From contig CM102285.1 of NCBI GenBank assembly GCA_046563655.1, positions 3,844,001-3,908,000 of the forward strand: a stretch of DNA of 64,000 nucleotides, in the 5' to 3' direction. Under the pieces are notes generated by a model. The model searched no databases, was not told where the DNA came from, and saw nothing but the letters and a program-made list of their open reading frames with translations. This document shows, one piece after another, positions 24,906-38,015 of the stretch. The stretch is from Yuukianura sp. NJ FZ-2021. Taxonomy: Eukaryota. The translations under genes were made by a program, and so were the position numbers. The number at the start of each line of letters is the position of its first letter. Within the stretch, counting starts at the first letter, position 1.

Positions 24906-25580
24906 AGCACGTTTATTAAATGGTCATGAATTTAATGATTTTAAATTTCATCAACTTTTCTCAGGAAATCACCTTTATTGGGTTTGCTGGAAACTTAGCC
25001 AATCCCATTTTGAGTCAGTTTAAATGGCTTGACCTAATCTTACGCCCAGTTTATTTAATAAAAAATAAACTGCTTTGAGGAAAACTTATACTTTTACATA
25101 GAGAAAACTTAAAAGCGTATTTGAATTCCGCCTTCAATTCAGTGAAATTGGGTATGTATTTTTTAATACACAGAAATTTTGGACTTTTTCATTGTTTTTA
25201 ACTGTAAGTAATTGAATTACTTAGCAAATGATATCAGGTCATGGCATCAGGAATTATTATTTACGTAAAAAGACTTCGTTTTTGCTCACTAATGTTTTAG
25301 TGCTGAGCAAGGCAACTATAAACAAAAAGCCATTATCGCTTACTAAGGTAGTCTCAATACAACTACTAAATACAAATACAACACAATTTAATCTCTCGGA
25401 CTCCGAACTGTTTTCTTGTGAAAGTTGTTAGTTGGACAGTTTGCATTTCTATTTTTCAGTAACCAAGTTCGTGCAAAGGTCGTGAAAAGTTAAAAACAAA
25501 CAAACTGTTCCACTAAAAACTTTCGCGAAAAAGCCAAATTAGCAGTCAACAAGACACTTGGAATACTGTAAATCCTAAGC

Positions 25581-27024
25581 ATGTCTGCCTACACTGAGTT
25601 TAGTCAGTACCTCAAACTGGGCCAATATTTCAAAATTTGTCCATACAATCTGGTTCGTACCAAATCACAATGGAAAATGGAAAAAGTTCCAGAAAACCTA
25701 CACAAAAGTATAAAACTAACATGTCTAGTTATGCGTCTAACTCTGTATATTGGGAGTCTATTCATAGTATTGCAAGGAATAGAAGATCGTGGTGACCCGT
25801 TCAATATCGCTGCAGAAGTTGGATTCGGAGCCGTCGTTGTCTTTGCAATCTATTCAGAACTACTCTGGAATACGGAATATGAAGAAACCGTTACTTTCTT
25901 CAACCGACTCCTTAAACTTGAAAACGACATACGTAAGTAAACTACTTCAAATAACACTATTTGAATTGTTTATTCAGTAGCAAAAGCTACATTATGATTC
26001 GAACTTGTCTGTCTGTGTGCGCTGTTTGGCTGGCTGTACCTCGACATGAATTATTTCGGAAACGGCTCAAAGATTGCGGGATCTGTTTTCGGTTGCAGAT
26101 ACCTACGATGAGTGGGCTTCAACAGGACTAACTGCAAAAAAAAATTCCTATAATTAAAAAAAATTTTTGTTTTCGTATTTTCCTAAAATCGAATTTGAAA
26201 TGCAATTTGCTAATTTGACAGGTAAAACTCTGGGCAACAGGATCTACAAGGAACAAATCCAAAATGTTGTGTACCGTTATGTGTCCGTATTTAAGCTTAT
26301 GTTCATGTCTTTCTTTGTCCAGATTCCAATTGGAATGGCTGTAATGGCTGTAACTAAGTTGTTCTTTATGAAGTCGTTTCTTTTTACGTTGTCATTTTTA
26401 ATTCCAAACCATGTTCTTGCAGTAATACTTGCGAGTGTTATATACGCTATTTTAGGAAACTTTGTTGTCTACTGGGATCATTTTAGTGTGCTCACATTCA
26501 TCTTGGCGGTGACATCGGCTGAACAGTGGTTGAAAACATTAGCCCAAGTTCAAGAAACTTGTACAAGTGAACTACAGCGAGAGAAATTTCGACAGTTGTA
26601 CAGAAGTATGCAAGTATTTATGAATCAGTTGAATGACAAGCTTGAAGTGTGGCTTATGCTTGGCTACTTCGGTGGTGTAGTTGGTCTAATTTTGTCTTCG
26701 TTTACACTTTTTAAGACTAGCTGGTTAGCAAACCCACTCATCTCCTTCATTTATACGCTGGCTGATGTTACGATGTTGGCCGCTGGATTTGTCGTTTTTC
26801 AACATCTTGTAAATCTTAGAATCAATTCACAAAGTTACTACACTTTAAAAAATAGCCGCAATTTACCACGTTCGAAGTATGAGCGACGTATCAGAATGTC
26901 ATATCAACCACTTGTAATGAGTGTAGGCAAAGTATTTACAATCGCAGAAGAAGACTTTTGCCTTCACACTTACGGCGACGTAGTTCTGAACACTACAATT
27001 GACCTATTGCTAGCGTTTCGTTAA
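25581..27024 (+). CDS. Divergent multi-TM chemoreceptor-like protein, lineage C copy 1 (2 exons)
   Basis: Exons 25581-25932 and 26222-27024 are joined by a phase-1 intron and give ~385 aa. The N-terminus includes YLKLGQYFKICPYNL and the C-terminus is VGKVFTIAEEDFCLHTYGDVVLNTTIDLLLAFR*. It has multiple TM stretches. Confidence 0.75.
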
Positions 27025-28276
27025 CATTTTTTGAGAGTACTAGTATGTTAGAGTATTCAGTAATATTATTCTATATACACTCGAAAATACAAAAAAAAAA
27101 AGAAAACAAAAAGCATAGCTAAATTTAATAGTATTCAGTTTTAATATTATTTCGTATTCACTTAAGTGTCGAAGCAGTTAGGTTACTACTATACTGGCTT
27201 TATATTTTATACAAATTTAGAAGATTTTGAGTTTCCATTCTTTTCTCTTGATTTTCGTACTTTCTCACGATATAGAGTGTGTGAAAAACTTTGTAAAGTG
27301 TGTTAACGCAAAAAGTGTGCAGTAAAAGTGGAGAAAGCGGCTTCACTGCTTTAAAAATTCTAGAGTATGATTACCATTAGCAACTTAAGGAGTTAACATT
27401 GTCACAAGACACGCGAATACTCTAAATCAGGAATAAATAGTAGTTACTTACCAAGTGCAAGCGCTACTACAGGCAAGTCATCAGCAACCAACTTTTGTCT
27501 TCAAACTTACTTACTGGAATGTTAATGGAATGTAGAATCAGCTTACCCACTCATTTTCTCTGTCAATCAGTATAGTGTTAGAAGATTCATGACGACACCA
27601 ATTGCAAAGTTTTACACTTTCGATGGTTTTACGACAAGGTTCCTATAGTAACGAAATAGTTATCTGTAAGAGGTATGTTAATAAGTCCCATTCTCCAAAA
27701 ATGTCACTGCAAACATTTTTTTACTCTGATTTAACTCTGAACTTGTTGATCACTTCAATTGAAATATAAATTTGGATCCCACTACGCGAATCCGATCTGA
27801 AATCGCCCAGGAAACGAGAGCTGAAGGGATGTCGTTTCATTTTTTTCAATTTTTGGTGGGAAAACAATAAAACCTGACGTATTGCTTAACCTGTTAAAGA
27901 AAAAACTATTTTCTTGTTTACGAACCTTGGTTTTACGAAGACTTTTTTTGTTTTTGATAAATTCAAATTGGGTTGCGGAAAAAAGACTTGCTGGTCAAAT
28001 CAACTTTTGAATTCTTAAATTCAATCTCCTTACTGACAACTCGGTGTATGTTGATGACAATTTTTCAATCTTTGACGTTAAATAATTTAACTCATTTAGG
28101 GGTAACATGAAATCTAGGTCATGTTAGTTTTTACTAGAACTGCCTCCAATATATCCAGAAAATTGAACGTGAGCAGTCCAAAATTGGAATTTCAAGGAGA
28201 TTTGACAAAAACGTAATCCCTACGTAGGTTTTTCTTTTTGAACTCAAATTGCTTAACTGCAACCCAAATAACAATA

Positions 28277-29510
28277 ATGTCGGCATACACTGAATTCAAC
28301 CAGTATTTGAAACTTGGCCAATATTTTAACATTTGCCCATACAATTTGGTTCGTATGAAATCAAGACAGTGGGCAATGGAACTAGTTCCACAAACAAAGC
28401 TCAAAAAAGTAAAACTAACATTACTTCGAATAACTGAGTACATCGGGGTTCTATCCATTCCGTTGCAAGCCATAGCAGAACGTAGTCAACCTTTGAACTT
28501 TGCCGCTGAGGTTGCACTTGGCGTCTGCGTAAGCTTTGAAATCTACTCGGACCTCCTTTGGAATACAGATTACAAAGCAGCCACTACATTTTTCAACAGA
28601 TTCTTCAAACTTGAACAGGACATCCGTTAGTTTTATACTACAAACTATTTCAGACTAAAATATTTCTTGAAATTGAATTGACGGCAGTAATTTGTTTGTT
28701 TAACAGGTAAAACGTTTGGTGATAAGATTTGTCATCAACAGATTGACAACGTTGTATACTTCTATGTCCACATTTTCAAACTGTTGTTTTACCCAGCTTT
28801 TATGTATATACCAATATTGACTACTTTAGCCGCCCTTACTGACTTGTTCTTTATAGGGTTAATTGTGCGTGTAACTTCGATTTTAATTGGTAGCAATATT
28901 TGCGCAGTAATTACGACAAGCGTTGTGATAAGTATAATAGGGAATTTCTATGCGTTCTGGGCGTTATTTAGTTTGCTATGCACTCTTTTAATTAGTTACA
29001 TCTGTAAAGCAGTGGTTGAAAATACTGGCCAAACTTCAAGGATCATGTACCAGTGACATAAATAAGATCAAATTTCGTCAGTTGTACAGAAGATTGCAGG
29101 TATTTAGTGCAATTTTCAATGACAACCAAAAATGGTGGATTCAAATGGCCTACAGCATAAACATACTTGTTGTGATCTCATTTTCATTTGCAATTTTCAA
29201 GAGCAACTGGCAAGCAAACCCTGTCATACCACTCATATTCACATTTCTAGATATGATGCTATTTGCCATTGGCTTTGTCCTTTGTCAACAAGCTGTGAAT
29301 CTGAGAGTATATTCTGAGGGTTACTACAGTTTAAAAAACAGTAGGAATTTACCACATACACAGTATGAGAGTAGCTTTAGAAAATCGTGCCAACCAATTG
29401 TAACACGCGTTGGCGAATTCTTTACAATTTCAGAAAACGATTTTTGTCTCGAAACGTACGGAAATATTGTTCTCAACACTACTGTTAGCCTCTTGTTAAC
29501 GTTTCGTTGA
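28277..29510 (+). pseudogene. Lineage C chemoreceptor-like copy 2 with a single +1 frameshift
   Basis: Exons are 28277-28625 and 28707-29510. One extra base near 28994 (cttttaattagttaca vs cttttaatggttaca in a paralog) splits the ORF into 28784-29056 and 29016-29510. This could be a sequencing error. Confidence 0.7.
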
Positions 29511-30532
29511 GAGAAAATGTACGCGAAAATTTTTTTTGTTACATTTCAAAACATTTGATGTCAAGCAAGCATTACATACATAAATTTATAATGTAACGGT
29601 AACTACAAGTGGGATTCACTGAGGCAATTCTCTGAGATGAAATGATGCCAGTCCCTTTTGGAGCTAACAACTCATCCACTTCGTAGTATTATTTCGATAC
29701 TAACAGGCGTTCTTGCAAAGATATAATTTTTTTTATAGTTATATGATTTCTTGAACTTTTTAACTTAAAATAAAAAAATTTCAAGCAGTTTCTAATAAAA
29801 ACCGTCTTAATAGTACAAAACTATATGCCAAATTTAATGAACTCATTTCATTTTATGCAAATTTACAAGATTTTACGTTTCTTATTTTTTTGGCCTCGCA
29901 ACTTCGCATCTTCCCAAGCTAGAACGGAGTGTGTTCTAAACTTTACTGAAGTTTTACCTTCCTTGACCAAAACACATAGCGGTCAAAAATTGAGGCAAGG
30001 CGAACCACGCAGTCTCATGATAAGGACGCGGATAAAAGTCGACTTCTCATTAGTCCGCAATGGCAGAGTGAAAGTTATGTTAACCACATCTGACATTTGG
30101 TAATGGACAAAGCACATTCTAGCCCAATTTTCAGTAATGCAATTACAATATTGAACATTGTTAATTTCATGTCCAGTCATTAAGCTCGTACACTGCTGAG
30201 AAACATTTGATTTGTGAAACACAGTTTTAAGTTGGAGACAATAAAGAATATTATTCTGAAAATTCAGTTTTTAAGGTCATTTATTATAAAAACAGCATTT
30301 CAAAAAGTCAAATACATACTTTAACAAATATTGTCGTGGTAACGTGTGGAATGATCGAAATAATAGTCGAAGAGGTTAGGCTGTTCGCTGCAAACGGCTG
30401 TGACTGCTTCAGTAAATTTTACGTGCTGTTACAGCTACAATTAAGGCTAGGCAATACGTACTGTTTGACAATTTTTTGAAGTTTTTGAAAGAAGAAAATT
30501 TTTGAAGTGCAAGTGTCCAATAACTTTCTCTC

Positions 30533-31773
30533 TCAGCGAAATGTTAACAAAAGATCAGCAGTGGTGTTGAGAACAAAATTTCCGAATGTTTCGAGACAGA
30601 AATTATTCTCCGAAATTGTAAAAAAACCGCCAACGTTTAACACAATTGGTTGGCACGATTTTCTAAACCTACGCTCATACTTTGTACGTGCTAAATTCTT
30701 ACTGTTTTTTAAAGTGTAGTAACGCTCAGAATATGCTCTAAGATTTACTGCATATTGACAAACGACAAACCCATACGCAAAGAACATAATATCCACCAAT
30801 GTAAATATGAGCGGTACGACAGGGTTTGCTTGCCAGTTGCTCTTGAATATTGCAAATGTAAATGAAATGACAATTAGTATTTCTCCGTAGTAAGCAATTT
30901 GAATCCACCACTTCTGCTTCTCATTGAAAACTGCACTAAATACTTGGATTGTTCTGTACAACTGACGAAATTCGTTCTTCTGAATTCCACTTGTACAAGA
31001 TGATTGAAGTGTTGCTAGCGTTTTCAACCACTGCTGAATGGACGTAATCATCAAAAGAATACAAAGCAAACTAAATAACCCCCAAAATAGAAAGAACATT
31101 TCTAATGTAGTAACCAAAACGCTAGCCAAAAATACTGCAATAGTATGATTTCCAATTAATATGGAAATTAGACGAACAATTAATCCCATAATGAACAGTT
31201 CAGTTACGGCGGCTAAAGTAGCAACTGTTGGTACACAGATAAAAGTCAGGAAAAACGATTGTTTGAAAAGGTGGAGATAAAAGTACACAACGTTGTCAAT
31301 CTGTTCCTGACAAATTTTTTCACCGAACGTTTTACCTGTTAAACAAAGATATCAATTTTATTAACTTCAATTCTATAGAAATTTTTTAATTTGAAATAGT
31401 TTTTTGTAGGTAACTAACGTATGTCGTTCTCAAGTTTGAGGAATCTGTTGAAGAACGTAATGGTTGTCTTGTAATCTGTATTCCAAAGTAGTTCAGTGTA
31501 GATTTGGAAGCTTATGCATGAGCCAATTGCAACTTCAGCGGCAAAGTTTAAAGGTTCACTACGTTCCGCCATGGCTTGTAACGGCAACGATTGAGCCGCG
31601 ATGTACATAGCGATTCGTAGTAATGGACATGCTACGCTTACTTTTTTGAGTACTTCGTGTGGAACAAGTTCCAATGCCCACTGTTTTGATTTCATATGGA
31701 CCAAATTGTAAGGGCAAATGTTAAAGTATTGGCCAAATTTCAAATAATGGTTCAATTCAATATAAGCAGACAT
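30533..31773 (-). CDS. Lineage C chemoreceptor-like copy 3 (2 exons, inverted)
   Basis: Exons 31773-31419 and 31335-30533 are in frame. It starts MSAYIELNHYLKFGQYFNICPYNL and ends VLNTTADLLLTFR*. Confidence 0.78.
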
Positions 31774-32870
31774 GGTTATTTGGATTGCAGTTGGGCAATT
31801 TGAGTGCAAAAAAGGACTCTCGGTAGGAAATCCTTTCAAGTCCAAGTCGCTTAGAAGAATTTCGATTTTGACTGTTGGTTTTCTGGATAAATGGAGGCGC
31901 TTTTTGATAAACCGACATGGCTGAACATTCATTTCACCTCCAAATGTATACTTAATATTTCAAATGAAAAATTCACAACAACATTTGCCGAGTTGTAAAT
32001 GATTGAGTACATTTTAAGAATCAGAATCTAAAAGTTTATATGGACGGAAAAGCTCCACTACCCTACTTGAAATTTAAAAAAAGAGTCACTGCTGCAAAAC
32101 CTTGAAATTAGAACTTTCCATTTATCAAAATTCCAAGGCCTGATTCTATTTTAAGAACTTACTGACTATGACTTGTAAAAGAAGTGGGTTACCTTCAAAC
32201 AAAAAAGATACTTTACATCTTAAATAATACTTAATTTGAAATCTGCATTAATTACATTTTTAGGTCATTTTTCGTTCCGCTTCTGAATTTATGTTGTCTC
32301 AACGGGTAAATTTGTATATGAAAGTTGACTAAAATTGTTCTACGCGTTACCATTTCAAGTGCCGATGAGTCCAGGTTTTCCTTAAAATTTCTGAACTCGT
32401 CATAATTACTTATACTATACCTTTTATTACTTAACTTATACCTTTTGCATTTCAACCTTTTAGTTGCTTTTGAGAATCAAAGTGGACTATATATGCTACT
32501 AACCTTTAGTCAACAATTATGCGCGTCCCAGGTTGATTTTTTATGTTTACTGTAATGATTCACATGAACTTTAGGAAAACTAACATCGAAGATGCTGTTA
32601 TTGCTATGGGAATACCGTACAATAGTTTCCGGATCGCAGGGAAATCACCTATACATAAACTTGACACAGCGTTGGGGAATTTTGACTTTTTTTATGTGTT
32701 TTTATATACTTTTTACAAATTTAAATGTTTAATTGTTAAACTCCTTGGGCAACTTTAAACCATGTAACTTGAGAAAATCCTTGATGATTTTCGTATCTTT
32801 GCAAAAACTAGTAGTTTCATTTGAGTTCAGTTTGTTTTCTAATACAAACCTCAGGATTTGGTTGTAATCA

Positions 32871-34308
32871 ATTGAGCTGCGCGGGACAATGGGTACCGGC
32901 CATCCTGGATATTTTTACAATCAATTGATTGCAGAAAGTAGCAAAATTAACTAAATTTACACTGTGAAGGAAGTGTACAACATCAGTGAAACCGGACATG
33001 ATCGCTGGGGAAATCCGGAACTACTCAGAGAAGGAGCTCTATTTGCCAGACTCAAAACATGAAAACCTTCAGTTTTATGAGTAGCTAAAGCTACTTTATT
33101 CAACAACCTTGTCTGTCTGTCTGGCCGTCCGTTATATAGAAATGTTATGTCTGGCCTTTCTTTTCTGCATAGCATGTGACCTTAAGTGACCTCGCTCGAG
33201 GTCAAAGGTTGCCTTTTTACGATATATAACTATAGCCGACTATGGCTAATCATTCTATACCGGTCGCTTTAAACTGCAGCGCCATCTTTCATTACTTTTG
33301 CAAATTCCAGTTTACGCCCTCCTTATTTTATTTGAAAATTTATGCAGACTTTTAAGTTTTAGTCAATATTTTGACGTTTTTTTTTAAACTTACGCCGTAT
33401 TTTGCTTTTCCAGAAACAATTTTTTCGCTGTGATACTTTCGGCTGCCATTGGCTTGTTTGTCGTGGATTCTCCACGTATTCGGCAAGCAGAGCTGATAAG
33501 CGGAAAATTTCACGCCAGGCAGCACTCATTGCAGAAACTGTCTCGAGCATTGAGCACAATGAATTCAGTTTTGCAAGAGGATCTGCTGGATGAAAACTCG
33601 CGTGGGCGAAGATTCATGACAGCATTGCGGAATAGACATATGGAAATATCCGGAGAACAGCACAGGGTCCAGAACTTTCCAATTCCACCGCCAGCACTTT
33701 CTGAACACAGTGAAACAGTACTGAATGCTCTCCTAGATGACGCCTCTAACATTCCAGCATCACAAAACGTAAGGAAGTTGCTGCTGGACAAATCTCCTGG
33801 AATCACTCAGTTTGATATATCTGGATCACACTATTCGTTTTCCTGCTTGCTAACTATTGCACCAAAAAAATTTGGCATTGACCCTAGTGACACACGAGGC
33901 ATGGAAGCATTTATGCATCTCTGGGCAGTAGTTGGCAGTCTTTTAGGAATTCATGACAAATTCAACTGTGCTTTGAATTTAGATGATACGGAGTCTCAGA
34001 AAAGAGTGTATGAGGACATCATGGTTCCAATCATCAAGCATTTCAACAAAGAATCATACACAATTCCAGCCACAATAGTCGACGCAACTGTTAACCGATT
34101 TGTACCAATAGTTCGTCTTAACTCAATTATGTACTATTTGGTTAACTCCGTCCTGGGAGTGGACGCTCCCCAATTGAAAACGACGCTAACGCTGTACGAC
34201 AGAGCAATAGTTTGGATTCTTACTTTCGTTACTCAAGAACTTTCGGCGTCATCGCGACTTTGGGTGCTTGGCCATTTGGCTAACGTTGTGATAGGAACTC
34301 TGGGCTAG
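32871..34308 (+). pseudogene. MpaB/Lcp (DUF2236)-like oxygenase copy 1, exon 1 disabled
   Basis: Exon 1 has ATG changed to ATT at 32871, a 5-bp insertion giving TAA at 32952-32954, and a lost donor (gccagactc vs gccaggtaac). Exon 2 (33414-34308) is still open. Confidence 0.75.
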
Positions 34309-34916
34309 AAATAGCTACAACTTTTGCGTTACAGTTTCAACCTTCAAGCGAAGTTATTGACAACTCAGTTTAATGTTGATGACAACCTAACTGCAAATAT
34401 TTAAATTCATTTCAGGAAATATATTTACAATTTTATTTGAACCCTCTTCACTTGTCATAAAAACCTGAACTAAAAAACTCTTAAATTCTAAGTTTTTACG
34501 TCGTTTTGAGAATCAATCTGTAGTATCTGCTAGCTTAGTCTACAATAATTGCTGTGCGAAACTATTATGCACGTCCAAGGTTGATATTTTTAGTTTACAC
34601 AATGATTTACGGGAACTATAGAAAAGTAATGTCATTGACATTGCTGAAATATTATGGGAATACCGTAAAATGATTTTCGCATCACAGCCATATAGCATAG
34701 ATAAGTTGAACACAACGTTTGGGAATTCTAAATCTTTCCTTCAAGTTTTTTTTATTTACACCTTTGAAAATTTTTAATTGTAAAATCCTGGGCACAACTT
34801 TGAATCTCACACTTAAGAAAATTGGAAAATCCTCATCGATTTTCGCAGGATTGCAAAAACTAGGTACATTTGAGTTGGATTTATTTTCGAAAAAGTTTAC
34901 GATTTGGTTTCAATCA

Positions 34917-36377
34917 ATGGAGCTGCAAGGAACAATGGGTAGCGGCCATTTGGTTCCAGGATATTTCTACAACCAAGTGATTGCAGAAAGTGGCAAAATT
35001 AACTACACTCTAAAGGAAGATTACAACATCAGTGTAACCGGACATGAGCGTTGGGGAAATCCGGATCTCCTCCGAGAAGGAGCTCTGTTTGCCAGGTAAC
35101 TAAAAACAAATTGTCAGATCAAGTAAACATAAAAAACATAGTTTTAGCAACCAGCAAAAGCTACTTTATGTGTCGAACCTGTATGTCTGTCTGTCTCCTT
35201 TCATCTGGTTGAGATCAACAACTTTAATTTACATCATCTAATACTAAGTGACCTCCCTCCGGGTCAAAGGTAAACTTTTGCCTATTATAAATATGGTGCA
35301 CTATGCCTCATCATCATCATAGTGTACTGGTGTGAGCAGGGGTTTGAGATTTTAGCGCCACCTTGCGCTACTTTTGTACATTCCGGTTTACGACAGGCTT
35401 AATTTATGTGAAAACCCATGCAGTTTACTAAATGCCAGTCGATGTTTTTCACCGTGAACAAAACTCTAACCTTATTTTTCAGGAACAATTTTGTGGCGGT
35501 GATACTTTCCGCTGCCATTGGCTTGATGGTCGTCGATGCTCCACGTGGTCGTCAAGCGGAACTGATAAGCGGAAAATTTCACTCCAGGCAGCACTCATTG
35601 CAGAAACTGTCCCGAGGATTGAGCACGCTGAATTCAATTTTGCAAGAGGATCTTCTGGATGAAAAATCGCGTGGGCGGAGATACATGACGGCACTGATAA
35701 ACAGACACAAGGAAATATTAGAAGAGCAGCATAGAGTTCATGCCTTTCCAGTACCACCACCATCACTTTCTGAACACAGTAAAACAGTACTGGCTGCTCT
35801 TCTGGACGACGCCTCCAACATTCCAGTATCCCAAAACGTAACGAAGCTGCTGCTGGACAGAACTCCTGGAGTCACGCAGTTTGAATTGTCTGCAGGACTA
35901 TATTCGTTTTCCTGTTTGCTAACTATTGCACCAAAACGCTTTGGCCTTGACCCCAGTGACACACGAGGCATGGAAGGATTTATGCATCTCTGGGCAGTAG
36001 TAGGCAGTCTCTTTGGAATTCACGATAAATTCAACTGTGCTTTGCATTTAGATGATGCGGAGTCACAGAAAAGAATGTATGAGGACATCATGGTTCCAAT
36101 CATCAAGTATTTCAACAAAGAGTCATTCACAATTCCAGCCACAATAGTCGACGCAACTGTTAACCGATTTGTACCAATAGTTCGTCTTAACTCAATTATG
36201 TACTATTTGGTTAACTCCGTCCTGGGAGTGGACGCTCCCCAATTGAAAACGACGCTAACGCTGTACGACAGAGCAATAGTTTGGATTCTTACTTTCGTTA
36301 CTCAAGAACTTTCGGCGTCATCGCGACTTTGGGTGCTTGGCCATTTGGCTAACGTTGTGATAGGAACTCTGGGCTAG
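34917..36377 (+). CDS. ER-bound oxygenase MpaB / rubber oxygenase catalytic-domain (DUF2236-like) protein, copy 2 (2 exons)
   Basis: Exons are 34917-35095 and 35483-36377. Motifs W.NP.LLREGALFARNNF, RGLST..(31 aa after the R)..H, TQFELS..LYSF and FMHLWAVVGSLFGIHDKFN match the pattern of this haem-oxygenase family. The family call is from motif recognition. Confidence 0.7.
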
Positions 36378-37142
36378 AAATAGCTACAACAAACAAGAAA
36401 GTAAAAAAAAGGTTAATAAAAGTTAAAAGTTATATGGCATAACATGTTAAGAAAAAAATAAACAAAACTTCGATTTATACCTTGACATTATACCTAACGT
36501 AGACTGCGGAATATATACAAAATTCAGACTGGACTAGTTAATTTGAGCACCGCAAAACGTGACTCGACAAATCTAATCAATAGATTCCCATCATCAAATA
36601 CAGAGATAGTGTACAGACAGACAGACTCGGGGAAAACATAAAGTAGCAAACTAGTTGCGTTATTTAATAACCACCAACTTTTTTTTATATCTCCATTAGT
36701 CTTTCCATAAAATTTCTACACTGGTCATAATCTAAACTAAAAAATCATTTCAACTTTTTACGTGCCTGAAATTCAAACTGGCTTATCTGGTACTAACCTT
36801 GATGCAAAAAATTATGCAGGTTGATTTTTTATGTTTAGTTTAATGACTAAAATCGCCGACACTGTGATATTATGGGAATAGTTTGCAATAATTTCCGAAT
36901 CACAGCGTGATGCTGATCACATACATAAACTTAACACAGAATTTGGGAATTCCGAATCCATTTTAAAGTGTTTTTATATACAGATTCAAAGTTTTAATTT
37001 CTAAACCCTGCCTGGGAGCAAAATACTAGAAGAAGTTCAAAATTGAGAAAACCCTTGACGCCTTTCGCAGGTTAGCAAAAACTATTTTTCATTTGGGTTC
37101 CATTTGTTCAAGACAGCAAAGGTTATGATTTGGTTATAATCA

Positions 37143-37325
37143 ATGGAGCTGCTGCAAGGTACACTGAATAGCGGCCATTTGGCTCCAGGATATTTCTACA
37201 ACCAATTGATTGCAGAAAGTGGCAAAATTAACTACACTCTAAAGGAAGAGTACAACACAAGTGAAACTGGACATGATCGATGGGGAAATCGGGAACTACT
37301 CAGAGAAGGAGCTCTATTTGCCAGG
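37143..37325 (+). pseudogene. MpaB/Lcp-like oxygenase copy 3, exon 1 only
   Basis: Exon 1 is intact (MELLQGTLNSGHLAPGYFYNQ...REGALFAR) with its donor and a homologous upstream region. No exon 2 follows. Confidence 0.75.
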
Positions 37326-38015
37326 TAACTAAAAAAAATTTCAGTACAAGACTGGGCCAGACGAGTTTTCATCAGATGAAAGCGATCAAGATGACGACGT
37401 GTTGCATGATGAGGAAAGCGGCGACGAATTTCAACTCCCATCAGAAGATTGGAAGCAATTGGCCGTTGAATTTCAAAAGGAGGCGACCCAGAGCAAGAGC
37501 CCACCAACTGAAGAACTTCTAACTCATTCCTATACCTGGGGTTAGTAGATTGATCATTATACATTGAAAAAATATGTGAAGTATTAAATATTTTTATATT
37601 TATTGCGGGACTAACCTTTTAATTTTTTTTTAAAGGTTAGCCTAACCTTTTAAAAAATATTAAATATTTTGTAAATTTTTGGGCTTTTTTTTAACAAAAT
37701 AATATTTACGTCAATTTTTTGCCTTTTTTAAAACAAAATATCAATATGTACGTAAATTTTTTGGTTATTTTTGAGACAAGAGGCTCAATTTCTGTACTTT
37801 GCTTTCCCGCAGGTTAAGTTCCGGGTCAAAGCTCATGCTCAAACACTTATTTTTCATCCAAATCAAAAAAATGACCCCTCCAAACGTTTTTTACTGCAGT
37901 GAGAGGAGTAACTTCTGTTTAGGTGACCTTGACCTTTGATATCCTTTACTAGGCTCATTTTCATTTCGCTACTTAGGTACGTCGTTTACAAGGCTTTACT
38001 TGCTAAGAACCTTAC

